A DNA stretch of 64,000 bases from an uncultured Clostridia bacterium (GTDB taxonomy: Bacteria; Bacillota; Clostridia; Christensenellales; UBA1242). Made by a program: the position numbers and the translations under genes. Location: positions 66,436 through 130,435 of the forward strand of contig CAKVGK010000002.1 of assembly GCA_934747385.1 (NCBI GenBank). Direction: 5' to 3'. Shown one piece after another: positions 9,668 through 19,610 of this stretch. The stretch's first letter is position 1. Each line of letters starts with the position of its first letter. The notes below the pieces were generated by a model. The model saw only the letters and a program-made list of their open reading frames with translations. It was not told where the DNA came from and ran no database searches.

Positions 9668-12370
9668 TTATTTGTTAGCCATATCTTTAATCATGCAGCA
9701 GTTCTTATACTTTTTTCCACTTCCGCAAGGGCAAAGGTCGTTTCTGCCAATGTGAGCGTCTCGGTTGCGTGCTTGCACATTTTCACCTTTATTGGTGTTT
9801 CCTGCATTAACAGGACCAACAGGGCGTTGTGGCATAACTTCAATTTTAAGTTGAGATTTGAACAATGTTTCAGCGGTGTAGTCGCGAATGTCGGTAATCA
9901 TTTTGTCAAACATGTCAAACCCTTCGTTTTTGTAAGCGACAACAGGGTCTTTTTGACCATAAGCCATAACACCAATCTCATTTCTAAGAGTGTTCATTGC
10001 GTCTATATGGTCAGTCCAGAATTTGTCAACCACACGGAGCAATACGCTGCGTTCAATAATGCTAAAATCAATGTTTAATTTTTTAACTTCGCTAATTTTG
10101 GATTCATAAATTTCCAAAAGTTTGTCGTAAACATTTTGCGCAACTTGTTTCGCATCAAGCCCTTCAACAAAGTCGGCAGTCAAAAGATTTGTGCCAGGTT
10201 TTAAAAGTTTGGATTCCAATTCCTTATTCAAAGGCTCTAAATCCCATTCATAATAAGGTTTTGTTTCGTCCAAATAATTATTGCAGGTTTCAAAAGTAAA
10301 TTCTTTAAGCATTTCCAAAATTTGTGGGTGAATGTCAACACCTTCCAAAACTTTGTCACGTTCGCCATAAATAATTTGACGTTGTTTATTAAGCACGTCG
10401 TCGTATTCAAGCACGTTTTTACGCGCGCCAAAGTTCATTGCTTCCACTTTCTTTTGGGCTGACTCAAAGAAGTGAGTCAAAATGCGGGATTGCAAAGGCA
10501 TGTCTTCGTTGCCGCGGAATGCAATAGAGAACCAGTTCTTCATTCTGTTTTCGCCAAAACGTTGTGGCAAATCATCTTCAAGAGAAATGAAGAATATGCT
10601 TGAACCTGGGTCTCCTTGACGTCCGGCACGACCACGCAACTGGTTGTCAATACGCCTTGATTCGTGGCGCTCAGTGCCCAAAATGTGAAGTCCGCCAAGT
10701 TCGATAACTTTTTTCTTTTCCTCGTCGGTTATCTTTTTAAAATCAGCATAATATTTGTTATATTTTTCCTTCAATTCCTTTTCTTCGTCAGTCAAATCAG
10801 CATTGTATGCGGTTATTTTTTCCATAATAGCAGGCTCAACATTTTCATTGAGCATTTTTTGCTTTGCCAAGAATTCTGGGTTGCCGCCAAGCAAAATATC
10901 TGTACCACGACCAGCCATGTTTGTTGCAATTGTAACTTGCCCAACACGACCAGATTGTGCAATAATTTGACCTTCAAGTTCGTGATTTTTAGCGTTCAAA
11001 AGGTTGTGAGGAATGCCAAGTTTTTTAATTTCCTTGCTTATACGTTCTGATTTATCAACAGAAGCAGTACCAACCAAGATAGGTTGACCTTTTTCATATT
11101 TTTCCTTAATTTCTTCAACAATAGCATTGTATTTTGCTTGTTCAGTGTAGAATATAAGGTCTTGTTCATCAACACGTTGCACAGGCTTGTTTGTTGGTAT
11201 GGTCACAACGTCCAAATTGTAAATTTTGTTAAATTCGCCTTCTTCAGTTTTTGCAGTACCGGTCATGCCGCTAAGTTTAGAATACAACTTAAAATAGTTT
11301 TGAAGGGTGATGGTTGCCAATGTTTTGTTTTCTTCTTGAATTTTCACTCCTTCTTTTGCTTCAATTGCTTGGTGCAAACCATCGCTGTAACGTCTGCCCT
11401 GCATAATACGTCCAGTAAATTCGTCAACAATAAGCACTTCATCATTTTTAACAATGTAGTTAATGTCGCGTTCCATAATGTGGTTTGCGCGCAAAGCATT
11501 GTTAATGTGGTGGTTGATTTCAAGGTTTTGAATATCACTCAAATTTTCCAGTTTAAAGAAAGTTTCAGCCTTGCTTACACCAGTTTCAGTCAAACGAATT
11601 TGTTTATGTTTAATGTCAATGTCGTAGTCTTCTGCTTTCAAACGCTTTGCAAAATTGTCTGCCACAGTGTAAAGGTCGGTTGACTTGCCGCCTGCGCCAG
11701 AGATAATGAGAGGGGTACGGGCTTCATCAATCAAAATAGAGTCCACTTCGTCCACAATGCAGAAGTTGTGCCCGCGTTGAACTTTATAGTCTTTGCTAAC
11801 TTGCATATTATCACGCAAATAGTCAAAGCCAAATTCGTTGTTTGTGCCGTAAGTAATATCGCATTCATATGCTTTTTTCTTTTCAGGTGCTTGTTGACCA
11901 GCAAGCGTGCAACCAATTGTGAGCCCCAAAAATTTGTATAGTTTGCCCATCATTTCGGCCTGCGTGGTTGCTAAATATTCGTTGACAGTAATAACATGTA
12001 CATTCTTGCCAGTAAGGGCGTTTAAATAAACTGCAGTGGTTGCTGTTAAAGTTTTACCTTCACCAGTGCGCATTTCGGCAATACGACCTTGGTGCAGAAC
12101 AACACCGCCAATAAGTTGAACATGGAAATGACGCATGCCAAGCACACGAGTTGCCGCTTCACGCACAACGGCAAATGCATCTGGCAAAATTTGGTCAGTT
12201 GTTTCGCCCGCTTTGAGGCGGTCTTTCAAAACAGGAGTTTGATTTTGCAACTCTTCGTCGCTCATGGCGGCATAAAAGTCTGCTTTATCTTCAATTTGTT
12301 TTACAATTTTTTCAATTTTGTTAAGACTTCGCTTGTTGTCGGAAGCAAATAAATAAGAAAATAATCCCAT
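9668..12370 (-). CDS. secA: Preprotein translocase ATPase SecA
   Basis: 900 aa, MRTGEGKTL Walker A, DEVDSILIDEARTPLII. C-terminal zinc motif CPCGSGKKYKNCC. Confidence 0.97.
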   Translation of the reverse strand: MGLFSYLFASDNKRSLNKIEKIVKQIEDKADFYAAMSDEELQNQTPVLKDRLKAGETTDQILPDAFAVVREAATRVLGMRHFHVQLIGGVVLHQGRIAEMRTGEGKTLTATTAVYLNALTGKNVHVITVNEYLATTQAEMMGKLYKFLGLTIGCTLAGQQAPEKKKAYECDITYGTNNEFGFDYLRDNMQVSKDYKVQRGHNFCIVDEVDSILIDEARTPLIISGAGGKSTDLYTVADNFAKRLKAEDYDIDIKHKQIRLTETGVSKAETFFKLENLSDIQNLEINHHINNALRANHIMERDINYIVKNDEVLIVDEFTGRIMQGRRYSDGLHQAIEAKEGVKIQEENKTLATITLQNYFKLYSKLSGMTGTAKTEEGEFNKIYNLDVVTIPTNKPVQRVDEQDLIFYTEQAKYNAIVEEIKEKYEKGQPILVGTASVDKSERISKEIKKLGIPHNLLNAKNHELEGQIIAQSGRVGQVTIATNMAGRGTDILLGGNPEFLAKQKMLNENVEPAIMEKITAYNADLTDEEKELKEKYNKYYADFKKITDEEKKKVIELGGLHILGTERHESRRIDNQLRGRAGRQGDPGSSIFFISLEDDLPQRFGENRMKNWFSIAFRGNEDMPLQSRILTHFFESAQKKVEAMNFGARKNVLEYDDVLNKQRQIIYGERDKVLEGVDIHPQILEMLKEFTFETCNNYLDETKPYYEWDLEPLNKELESKLLKPGTNLLTADFVEGLDAKQVAQNVYDKLLEIYESKISEVKKLNIDFSIIERSVLLRVVDKFWTDHIDAMNTLRNEIGVMAYGQKDPVVAYKNEGFDMFDKMITDIRDYTAETLFKSQLKIEVMPQRPVGPVNAGNTNKGENVQARNRDAHIGRNDLCPCGSGKKYKNCCMIKDMANK

Positions 12371-12523
12371 AAAAAAATCCTTTCAAGTAAAATACTTTCC
12401 ATATTTTATCAAAAGATAAAGTTTTTGTCTAGCAAATTAAACTTAGTATAACTAAACTAATTAAAGTATATTTTAAAAGAGTATTCGTTTTGTCACATTA
12501 AAATCAATAATAAATTCAGTTTT

Positions 12524-12560
12524 GTTATATCGAGAAATGTTTACATTTCGAGCATATCTT
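12524..12560 (+). repeat. REP-like element (same family)
   Basis: gttatatcgag-aaatgtttacattt-cgagcatatctt. The middle section is a 7-bp palindrome. Confidence 0.45.
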
Positions 12561-12574
12561 TTATGCGTATAAAC

Positions 12575-12598
12575 AAACCACCAAAACATGGTGGTTTT
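12575..12598 (-). terminator. Hairpin terminator downstream of ORF 12605-13426
   Basis: aaccacc-aaaacat-ggtggtt with a weak U tail on the minus strand. Confidence 0.45.
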
Positions 12599-12604
12599 CA
12601 AAGT

Positions 12605-13426
12605 TTAAAGTTGGTCTATTAACTCGTCACGCTTCCTTGCGTATTCTTCTTCACTGATGAGATTGTTGTCAAGCATTTCTTTCAATTCTTTCATTTTTTG
12701 TTGAACGGATTTTTCGCCTTTTTGTTTTGCAGGTTTATCGTCATCAAACATTGGGGCAAGGGCTTCGCGTTGACGGCGTTTGTCCATTCTTTTAACAACA
12801 AAGTTTGAAATAATCACAAATGCAAAAGCCATAACAGCAAACATAATTGAAATTTTGTTCGTTAAGAATGTTAAATTGCCAGTGAAAGCAAATCCGTCAT
12901 TGCCAATTCTCACACAAGCGAGGGCATAAGTGCCATAAAGGTCAATATAAAAATTGCTAACATATGTTATAACTTGGAAGGCAATCATTGTTTTGCGATA
13001 TTTAACAACACAACTTGCAATTGAACTTGTTACAATAACTTGGAAAGTGATAATCAAACTGATTTTCAAAAATTTCAATTGTCCAAGCAAAAGCTCTGCG
13101 TTCTCTGACTTAATAGCATCTGCAATTTTAACAGCGACAATAATGTCAATAGCCCAAAGAATGCAACTGAAAGCGATTAACCCGAACATAACATAACAAA
13201 GGATTTTAAATTCGCCTTTTGAATGTTGTTTAACCCAAGGCAGAACCATCATGCAGGACACACTGACAACCAGAATAATCAAAATAAGTGACAGCATTGC
13301 AGCACTATACTTGATAAATTCAAAACTCATCATAATTGCCAAAGCAACAGAAGCAAACATGCAGATTACTGAAATGGTTTGAATTAAACGATAAAGTTTT
13401 TCGTGGTTAAATTTTGTTTTTTCCAT
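12605..13426 (-). CDS. Polytopic membrane protein with C-terminal SHOCT-like tail
   Basis: About 6 hydrophobic segments. The C-terminus LKEMLDNNLISEEEYARKRDELI resembles the SHOCT short C-terminal domain. Confidence 0.6.
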   Translation of the reverse strand: MEKTKFNHEKLYRLIQTISVICMFASVALAIMMSFEFIKYSAAMLSLILIILVVSVSCMMVLPWVKQHSKGEFKILCYVMFGLIAFSCILWAIDIIVAVKIADAIKSENAELLLGQLKFLKISLIITFQVIVTSSIASCVVKYRKTMIAFQVITYVSNFYIDLYGTYALACVRIGNDGFAFTGNLTFLTNKISIMFAVMAFAFVIISNFVVKRMDKRRQREALAPMFDDDKPAKQKGEKSVQQKMKELKEMLDNNLISEEEYARKRDELIDQL

Positions 13427-13523
13427 AAATACTCCTTACATTTCCTATTTACATTATACCTAAATTAGGCAGCAAAAGCAACGAAATATGACGTTGAATT
13501 TTAAATTTTACAAAATTTGCATT

Positions 13524-14306
13524 TTATGAAGTTTTAAGCTTCTTTTTGCGCTCTTTTTTGCTTTCAAACTGCATTTTTCCCAATTCGTTGCAGCGAGCAA
13601 GCAATTTTGCAGCTATTTCGTCACGCGTTGCGCCATCTTTTGTTAATTCACTATATTTAACCGGTGCGTCAAAAATGTAAATTTTTTCTTTTATTTTAAA
13701 ATATGAAACATATATGTCCACGTCAATACCTTTTGCCTTGCAAACGTCAGCAAACGACAAAAATCCTTTATAAAATCCTTCAAGCTCTGGCAGATAGCCC
13801 TTGTCGGATTTTTCTGGAAATATAACCACATTGTTGCCCTCCTGAACTGCTTGTAAACTATCTTTAAGTGTTTGGCGGAATCTGCTGTCGTGATAAGTTG
13901 AAATCAAATTTAGACCCTTGTAATATAAATTTGTCAGTGGGCTTGCAATCAAGCAAAACAACCTTGCCAAAAACAAATTCCAGTGTTTCTTCTCGTGATA
14001 GTAAACCTTTGTTTGATATTGATAAAGTTTTCTAAGTCCAGAATTCATCTCACCAGTTCCCCAAAAACGAATTGGAAAATCGCAATACATTTCAAGTGAG
14101 AGAGGTGCATCTGTGCCTTCATGATTACTTACGATAATGCTGCTGTGTGTTGGTTTTTCACCAAGGAAAACAAACTCAGGGCGCTTATACCTGCACACCA
14201 TAAGTTTTTTCATAAACCTGAACCATGCCTTGCGTTTTTGCTTAAATTTCTTAGGCTTTTTTTGTTTTTTCTGCTTTAATTTAACTTCTTTTTCTTTTGT
14301 TTCCAT
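13524..14306 (-). CDS. Putative lysophospholipid/PlsC-like acyltransferase (divergent)
   Basis: VSNHEGTDAP (H-x3-D, not the canonical H-x4-D) and VVIFPEKSDKG (FPE block). Lys-rich N- and C-termini. Confidence 0.5.
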   Translation of the reverse strand: METKEKEVKLKQKKQKKPKKFKQKRKAWFRFMKKLMVCRYKRPEFVFLGEKPTHSSIIVSNHEGTDAPLSLEMYCDFPIRFWGTGEMNSGLRKLYQYQTKVYYHEKKHWNLFLARLFCLIASPLTNLYYKGLNLISTYHDSRFRQTLKDSLQAVQEGNNVVIFPEKSDKGYLPELEGFYKGFLSFADVCKAKGIDVDIYVSYFKIKEKIYIFDAPVKYSELTKDGATRDEIAAKLLARCNELGKMQFESKKERKKKLKTS

Positions 14307-14643
14307 ATTTAAATTCTAACACAAATTTTAAAATTTCAAAACCAAATTCTACATATTTCCCCATAACTATTAAATTTCACATAAAATGGTTAAAAATTGA
14401 AAAATAATGCGGAAATTGCAAAAAATTGGGTCAAAATATGTGATATTTTAAGCATTTTTAAACAAATTCTATTCACAGTAGAGTTAAAAGGACAGGTTTT
14501 CTATCTGGTTGAGAACGAAACCTCAAACTCTAATATAAGGGAATTTTAATTCTAATTTGACAAAATAAGGTTTAGAGCGAAATTTGGCAATTCTCTTGCA
14601 AAAATGAATAAACAAATTGTAATATGCTTGCGTTGGAGGACAA

Positions 14644-15423
14644 ATGAAAGGGCAAGAAACAATTTACTTCACAGATGAATTGAATGAAGACTTTGCAGAA
14701 GAAATTGTTAGCAACAAACCAGTTAGTGAAAAGTTTGTTTATTACAGCAACAATCCATTTTGGCAAATCAAGCATTTCTTTTGGAACAAAATTGTGGCTT
14801 ACCCAGTTTCAATGATTTATGCCAAGTGCAAGTTTAAATGGAAACTTAAAAATAAAAAAGTTTTCAAACAGGCAAAACACACAGGCTATTTTATCTATGG
14901 TAACCACACTCAACAATTTTTTGACGCAAGCATGCCAAAAAGAATTGCATATCATGAGGCGTACGTTATGGTTAACCACACAAACTTGAATTTGAAAGGT
15001 TTGGGTTGGTTGGTTAAGCGTTTGGGTGCTTTGCCAGTGCCAACCAATGTGCACGAAACAAAAAAATTTGTTGCGGCGGTTGACGAGATAATGAAAAAGA
15101 AAAAATCCATATTGATTTATCCGGAAGCTCATATCTGGCCTTACTACACAAAAATTAGACCATTCGTTTCAACCTCATTCAGGTATCCGGTTAAATACAA
15201 TGTGCCAGCATTCTGTTTCACCAACACTTACCACAAACGTAAAAACGGCAAAGTGCAGATTATAACTTATGTTGATGGGCCATTTTACCCAAACTTAGCC
15301 TTGCAAAGCAAACAGCAAATTGAAGATTTGCGCAATCGCGTTTATCAAACAATGGTGGAGAGAAGCAAACTCAGCAGTTATGAATTTGTGAAATACGTAA
15401 GAAAGGAGGACAATGATGATTAA
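14644..15423 (+). CDS. Putative lysophospholipid/PlsC-like acyltransferase (divergent)
   Basis: YGNHTQQFFDAS (H-x5-D) and ILIYPEAHIWP (PE block). SD ggagga. Confidence 0.55.
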   Translation: MKGQETIYFTDELNEDFAEEIVSNKPVSEKFVYYSNNPFWQIKHFFWNKIVAYPVSMIYAKCKFKWKLKNKKVFKQAKHTGYFIYGNHTQQFFDASMPKRIAYHEAYVMVNHTNLNLKGLGWLVKRLGALPVPTNVHETKKFVAAVDEIMKKKKSILIYPEAHIWPYYTKIRPFVSTSFRYPVKYNVPAFCFTNTYHKRKNGKVQIITYVDGPFYPNLALQSKQQIEDLRNRVYQTMVERSKLSSYEFVKYVRKEDNDD

Positions 15424-16261
15424 CATTTTATTTTCGGGCAATTCAAAAGTTTTTGATGGTGCGTTAACTACAATGCTTTCAATCTTTAAGCGCACAACAA
15501 CAAAAGAACCATTCAAATTTTATATTTACACCATGGACGTCACTCGCATTAAACCAGAGTACACTGCCATTGATGATAAAATGATTGCATTTTTGGACAA
15601 AGTTGCCAAAGATTATAACCCTGAAAACAGTGTTGAAAAAATTGACGTTGGCGAATTTTATAAACAAGAATTTGAAAACAGCCCTAACGAAAATTGCTAT
15701 TGCTCACCTTACACATTGCTTCGCTTGTTTGCGGACTTGATTCCAAATGTGCCAGACAAATTGCTGTATTTGGACATTGACTTGTTGTTCAATAATGACA
15801 TAACCGAACTTTGGAACAAAAATATTGAAGGCTATGAATATGCAGCAGCAACCGACCATTACGGCAAATTTGCAATAAATCCAAGATACATAAACGCCGG
15901 CGTTCTGTTGCTTAACATGAAAGAGATCAAGAAAACAGGTTTGTTTGCAAAAGCAAGGGAATTAATTAAGAAAAAGAAATGGCTGTTTGCTGACCAAGAT
16001 GCAGTTTGGCACGCAACAACAAAGTATTTAACATTACCTCAAAAGTTTAACGACCAAAAATATTGCCATAAATCAACAGTAATCAGGCATTTTAGCAAAC
16101 GTTTGTTTTGGACACCTTATCCACACACTGCCAACATTAAACAATGGCATGTCAGTCAAGTGCATAAAGTGTTTAAATACTATCAATTTGATGACATTTT
16201 GTACGAATACATTTATTTAAAAAAATATTACGAAAACAATTTTTTAAAAGGGGAAAATTAA
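15413..16261 (+). CDS. Glycosyltransferase family 8
   Basis: GT8 blocks YLDIDLLF (DxD), NAGVLLLN, ADQDAVW. Overlaps the upstream gene by 11 nt. Confidence 0.8.
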   Translation: MMINILFSGNSKVFDGALTTMLSIFKRTTTKEPFKFYIYTMDVTRIKPEYTAIDDKMIAFLDKVAKDYNPENSVEKIDVGEFYKQEFENSPNENCYCSPYTLLRLFADLIPNVPDKLLYLDIDLLFNNDITELWNKNIEGYEYAAATDHYGKFAINPRYINAGVLLLNMKEIKKTGLFAKARELIKKKKWLFADQDAVWHATTKYLTLPQKFNDQKYCHKSTVIRHFSKRLFWTPYPHTANIKQWHVSQVHKVFKYYQFDDILYEYIYLKKYYENNFLKGEN

Positions 16262-16262
16262 T

Positions 16263-17360
16263 ATGAACAATCAAAACAATAACAACATTATTCCAATCGT
16301 CTTCACTTGTGACGATAAATACATTCCATTTTTAGCAGTTTCTTTGGAGTCTATGGAAGATAATGCTTCAAAAAACTACACTTACGACATTAAAATTTTG
16401 CATTCAAACAATATCAGTGAAGCAAATCAAAACATAATCAAACAAAAATACAATAATCAGACGTTCAAAATCAGTTTTGAAGATATTTCTTCGTATGTTG
16501 AATTGATTGCAAGCAAACTTCACACACGTGACTATTATTCAAAAGCAACATACTATAGGTTGTTTATTCCAAACCTTTACAAGCATTACGATAAGGTTTT
16601 GTATTTAGACAGCGATATTATTGTCAAAGGTGACATAAGCGAACTTTATAACACTGAACTTGGAGACAATTTTGTTGGTGCAATTCCAGATAATTTTGTT
16701 CAATGCACACCACTTGCTTGGGACTATGTTGAAAAGCACATTCCACTTGGCAAAGGTGCACACACAAGATATTTCAACGCTGGCATTTTGCTTATGAATT
16801 GCAGACGTTTGCGTGAAATTGACTTTGAAGGCAAATTTATTGATTTGCTTGGAAAAGTTAAGTTTGAAGTTGCTCAAGACCAAGATTATTTGAACTGCAT
16901 TTGTCGCGGTAAAGTTAAGTTGATTAATTTAGTTTGGAACAAACAACCATTCCCAAGCAACACAATCAAGGAAAAGGATATTAAAATTTTTCACTTTAAT
17001 CTTGACTTAAAACCTTGGAAGAAAGACGGCATTTTGTACGAAGATTTTTTCTGGACATATGCAAAAACAAGCGGCTATTATGATGAAATTATGAAAATCA
17101 AAAACAGCGTAACAGAAGAATCAATCAAGTTGGCAGAACAACAAACACAAACACTTTGTGAAAATATTGTTAAACAAGCAAACGACGTTGTGGATAATGC
17201 AAGAATTAAAAAGATTGTTGATGCAATTTTTGATGAAAATGAAAGTCCTCTTGTTAAAAAAGATATTGTTGCATGCAATGTGGATGAAGCGGAACAAACA
17301 GATTTGTTTGACGTAATCGACAATGTTGTGGCTTCAAACCCACAAAAACAACGTGGCTAA
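16263..17360 (+). CDS. Glycosyltransferase family 8 with ~95-aa C-terminal extension
   Basis: YLDSDIIV (DxD), FNAGILLMN, AQDQDYLN. The extra helical tail runs from about residue 270. Confidence 0.8.
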   Translation: MNNQNNNNIIPIVFTCDDKYIPFLAVSLESMEDNASKNYTYDIKILHSNNISEANQNIIKQKYNNQTFKISFEDISSYVELIASKLHTRDYYSKATYYRLFIPNLYKHYDKVLYLDSDIIVKGDISELYNTELGDNFVGAIPDNFVQCTPLAWDYVEKHIPLGKGAHTRYFNAGILLMNCRRLREIDFEGKFIDLLGKVKFEVAQDQDYLNCICRGKVKLINLVWNKQPFPSNTIKEKDIKIFHFNLDLKPWKKDGILYEDFFWTYAKTSGYYDEIMKIKNSVTEESIKLAEQQTQTLCENIVKQANDVVDNARIKKIVDAIFDENESPLVKKDIVACNVDEAEQTDLFDVIDNVVASNPQKQRG

Positions 17361-17390
17361 TTGGGGCTAAACTTATTATTTGGAGAAATA

Positions 17391-18242
17391 ATGGAAGAAA
17401 TTCAAAAAGCACCAGACAGGCTTGAAGTGCTTAAAAAAATTGAAGAGTTGGAAACAAAGGGCATTTTCGACGTGGACGTTGAAAATGACCCTCCAACAAT
17501 TGAGCTTTTGCCAAATCAAATTGACTATAAACGCAAAAAATTAATTAACAAAATTAAAAGGTTTTTCACCTATAAAGTTGCTGGCAAAATGCTCAAACAA
17601 CTGAAACTAGCTGGTCTTTTGAGGTTTGACAAAATTATTGGCATTGAAAACATGCAGTCAGTTAAAACTGGCGCAATTGTAACTTGCAACCATTTTGGTG
17701 TGGCAGATAGTTTTATTATGGATCAAACATTCAGGGCTGCAAAGTTTAAGCATAAACGCATGTTTAAGGTTGTTCGAGAGGGGAACTACACAAACCCTCC
17801 AAAAGGCTTTGAGCCAATCTTTAAGTATTGCGACACTTTGCCTTTAAGCCAGAATAAAGACACAATGAAAAAGTTCCTGCGTTGCACAAACGAATTGCTT
17901 CAAGAGGGCAATTTTGTGCTGTTTTACCCTGAAGAAAGCATGTGGTGGAACTATCGCAAGCCAAAGCCACTTAAAAGTGGCGCTTTTCGCTTTGCGGTTA
18001 AAAACAACGTTCCGGTTATTCCTTGCTTTGTGACAATGGAAGATAGCGAACAAATTGGACCAGACGGCTTCCCTGTTCAAATTTACACAATGCACATAAA
18101 TAAACCAATCTACCCAAATACTAAATTGGATTTAAAAACAAATATTGAGCAAATGAGAGAGAAAAACAGCCAAATTTGGAAAACGATTTACGAAAAGATT
18201 TACAATCAGCCATTAACATATTTGTGCGACAAAAAAAATTAG
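17391..18242 (+). CDS. 1-acyl-sn-glycerol-3-phosphate acyltransferase family protein (PlsC-like)
   Basis: Canonical CNHFGVAD (H-x4-D) and FYPEESMW blocks. ATG 17391 is preceded by ggagaaata. Confidence 0.7.
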   Translation: MEEIQKAPDRLEVLKKIEELETKGIFDVDVENDPPTIELLPNQIDYKRKKLINKIKRFFTYKVAGKMLKQLKLAGLLRFDKIIGIENMQSVKTGAIVTCNHFGVADSFIMDQTFRAAKFKHKRMFKVVREGNYTNPPKGFEPIFKYCDTLPLSQNKDTMKKFLRCTNELLQEGNFVLFYPEESMWWNYRKPKPLKSGAFRFAVKNNVPVIPCFVTMEDSEQIGPDGFPVQIYTMHINKPIYPNTKLDLKTNIEQMREKNSQIWKTIYEKIYNQPLTYLCDKKN

Positions 18243-18263
18243 CAACAAAACGTTGCTTTTTTT
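18241..18263 (+). terminator. Intrinsic terminator of the acyltransferase/GT8 operon
   Basis: agcaac-aaaac-gttgct-tttttt. Confidence 0.65.
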
Positions 18264-18346
18264 GTTTAAGTAAAAAATAAATTTACCCATTAAACTAAAA
18301 TGGTGAAATTTAAAATATTTTTATTATAAAAGGTATAATATATTAT

Positions 18347-18682
18347 ATGTATAAATTGATAAGATTTTCAATCATTTTCAGCATGATTTTTAACCCAATA
18401 ACCATTATTGTTAACGTTTTAACCACAATTTTTTGGCACACGCCAGTTGTGTTTTTGGTTCTCACTTGCATTTATGCCACCGTTTTAACATGGTCGGTCG
18501 GTGTGTTTGCAATCAAAAAACTCAACACGGCAAAATCAAAAAAACAACTTAAACCCATGGCAATTTTAACTTTAATTGGTAACAATCCTTTGGCGGGTAT
18601 TCTTATGCTGGTGATGAAAGAAACAGACTTGCCAGCCTCAAAAAATCTTATATCAAACAGCCAAAATTTGACAAGAACATAA
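18347..18682 (+). CDS. Small hypothetical membrane protein (3 TM)
   Basis: Hydrophobic segments. TATAAT at 18334-18339 ends 7 nt before the ATG (leaderless geometry). No SD. Confidence 0.45.
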   Translation: MYKLIRFSIIFSMIFNPITIIVNVLTTIFWHTPVVFLVLTCIYATVLTWSVGVFAIKKLNTAKSKKQLKPMAILTLIGNNPLAGILMLVMKETDLPASKNLISNSQNLTRT

Positions 18683-18798
18683 TGTTTAATCATGACAAAG
18701 TATTAACTGGATTATATTTTGAAAGCCCAAAGACACGCAAAAATTATTTTGACATATAATGAATTAGGCTAATGCCAGATTATTTTTTAGGAGAAAAT

Positions 18799-19566
18799 AT
18801 GTCAAAAATCATAAACAAATCACAAGTAACTTCAAATTATGTGTTGCCAAACTTATCCACAAAACAAGCAACTGCAGAAAGTAATGAGTCGGCAACTGAG
18901 TACATGACAACCTCATTCGCCAAAGTTAGAAGTTCAAGTGTTAATTTTGGCGAAGCAAACGATGAAATTGAACAAACTTTAACTCTCACAAATACTAGTG
19001 AATATTCAATTACGGACGTGAATATTGTTGACACTTTGGGCGAAGGCTTAACATTCAAACCAGGTTCAGTTACAATTGACAACATTGAAAATCAAAATGC
19101 AAACCCAACCACGGGTATAATGCTTGATAGTCCAATTGCTGCAAACAGCAGCGTTGTTGTTAAATATATTGTGATAGTTGATGATCCTGTGGTGCAAACC
19201 AGCGCAGAAACAAAATCAACAGTTACCTATTCAGTTAACGAAATCACAGATTTAGAAGAGGATTCTAATATTATAACAATAATCCTTGGTGTTGACATGC
19301 TTACAATCACAAAAACTTCAAACAAAACTGCAGTAATTAAAGGTCAAACATTGAAATATCAACATGTAATTGAAAACAAAGGTAATTACAAACACACCGA
19401 TATAATGTTTAATGATAATCTTCCAAAAGATGTTGAATTTATTGTTGGAAGCGTGATGATTGATAATGTCTCACAAGCGGGCTTAAACCCAACAGTTGGT
19501 TTTAAAATCGATGACATTGATGTGGGTGGAAAGGTGACAATAACTTTTGATGTAACCATTAAATAA
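18799..19566 (+). CDS. DUF11-type (conserved repeat domain) protein, two repeats, no signal peptide
   Basis: Two internal repeats: LTLTNTSEYSITDVNIVDTLGEGLTFKPGSVTIDN... and VIENKGNYKHTDIMFNDNLPKDVEFIVGSVMIDN.... SD aggag before ATG 18799. Confidence 0.6.
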   Translation: MSKIINKSQVTSNYVLPNLSTKQATAESNESATEYMTTSFAKVRSSSVNFGEANDEIEQTLTLTNTSEYSITDVNIVDTLGEGLTFKPGSVTIDNIENQNANPTTGIMLDSPIAANSSVVVKYIVIVDDPVVQTSAETKSTVTYSVNEITDLEEDSNIITIILGVDMLTITKTSNKTAVIKGQTLKYQHVIENKGNYKHTDIMFNDNLPKDVEFIVGSVMIDNVSQAGLNPTVGFKIDDIDVGGKVTITFDVTIK

Positions 19567-19581
19567 AAAATTACCAAGTTT

Positions 19582-19610
19582 AAAAAGTGTCAAATTTGTG
19601 GCACTTTTTT
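19582..19610 (+). terminator. Intrinsic terminator after the DUF11 gene
   Basis: aaaagtgtca-aatttg-tggcactttttt. Confidence 0.55.

Noticed and set aside
10664-11683. Plus-strand ORFs of 128 and 199 aa inside secA. Similar long shadow ORFs occur antisense to addA (1175-1498), dnaE (51168-51665, 51696-52232), murB (55361-55918), rpoC (35372-35764) and clpC (62501-62968).
   Set aside because: Each lies entirely within, and opposite to or out of frame with, an unmistakable housekeeping gene. They have low-complexity Phe/Asn/Val/Cys-rich translations typical of antisense frames in AT-rich DNA, and no SD sites.
14460-14570. Possible riboswitch or leader in the 337-bp divergent region between the two acyltransferase genes (nested complementarity agagtt...aggtttt..gaaacct..aactct).
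   Set aside because: I could not match it to any riboswitch core I know, and the stems are short and AT-rich. It may simply be promoter-region DNA, so it is left unannotated.
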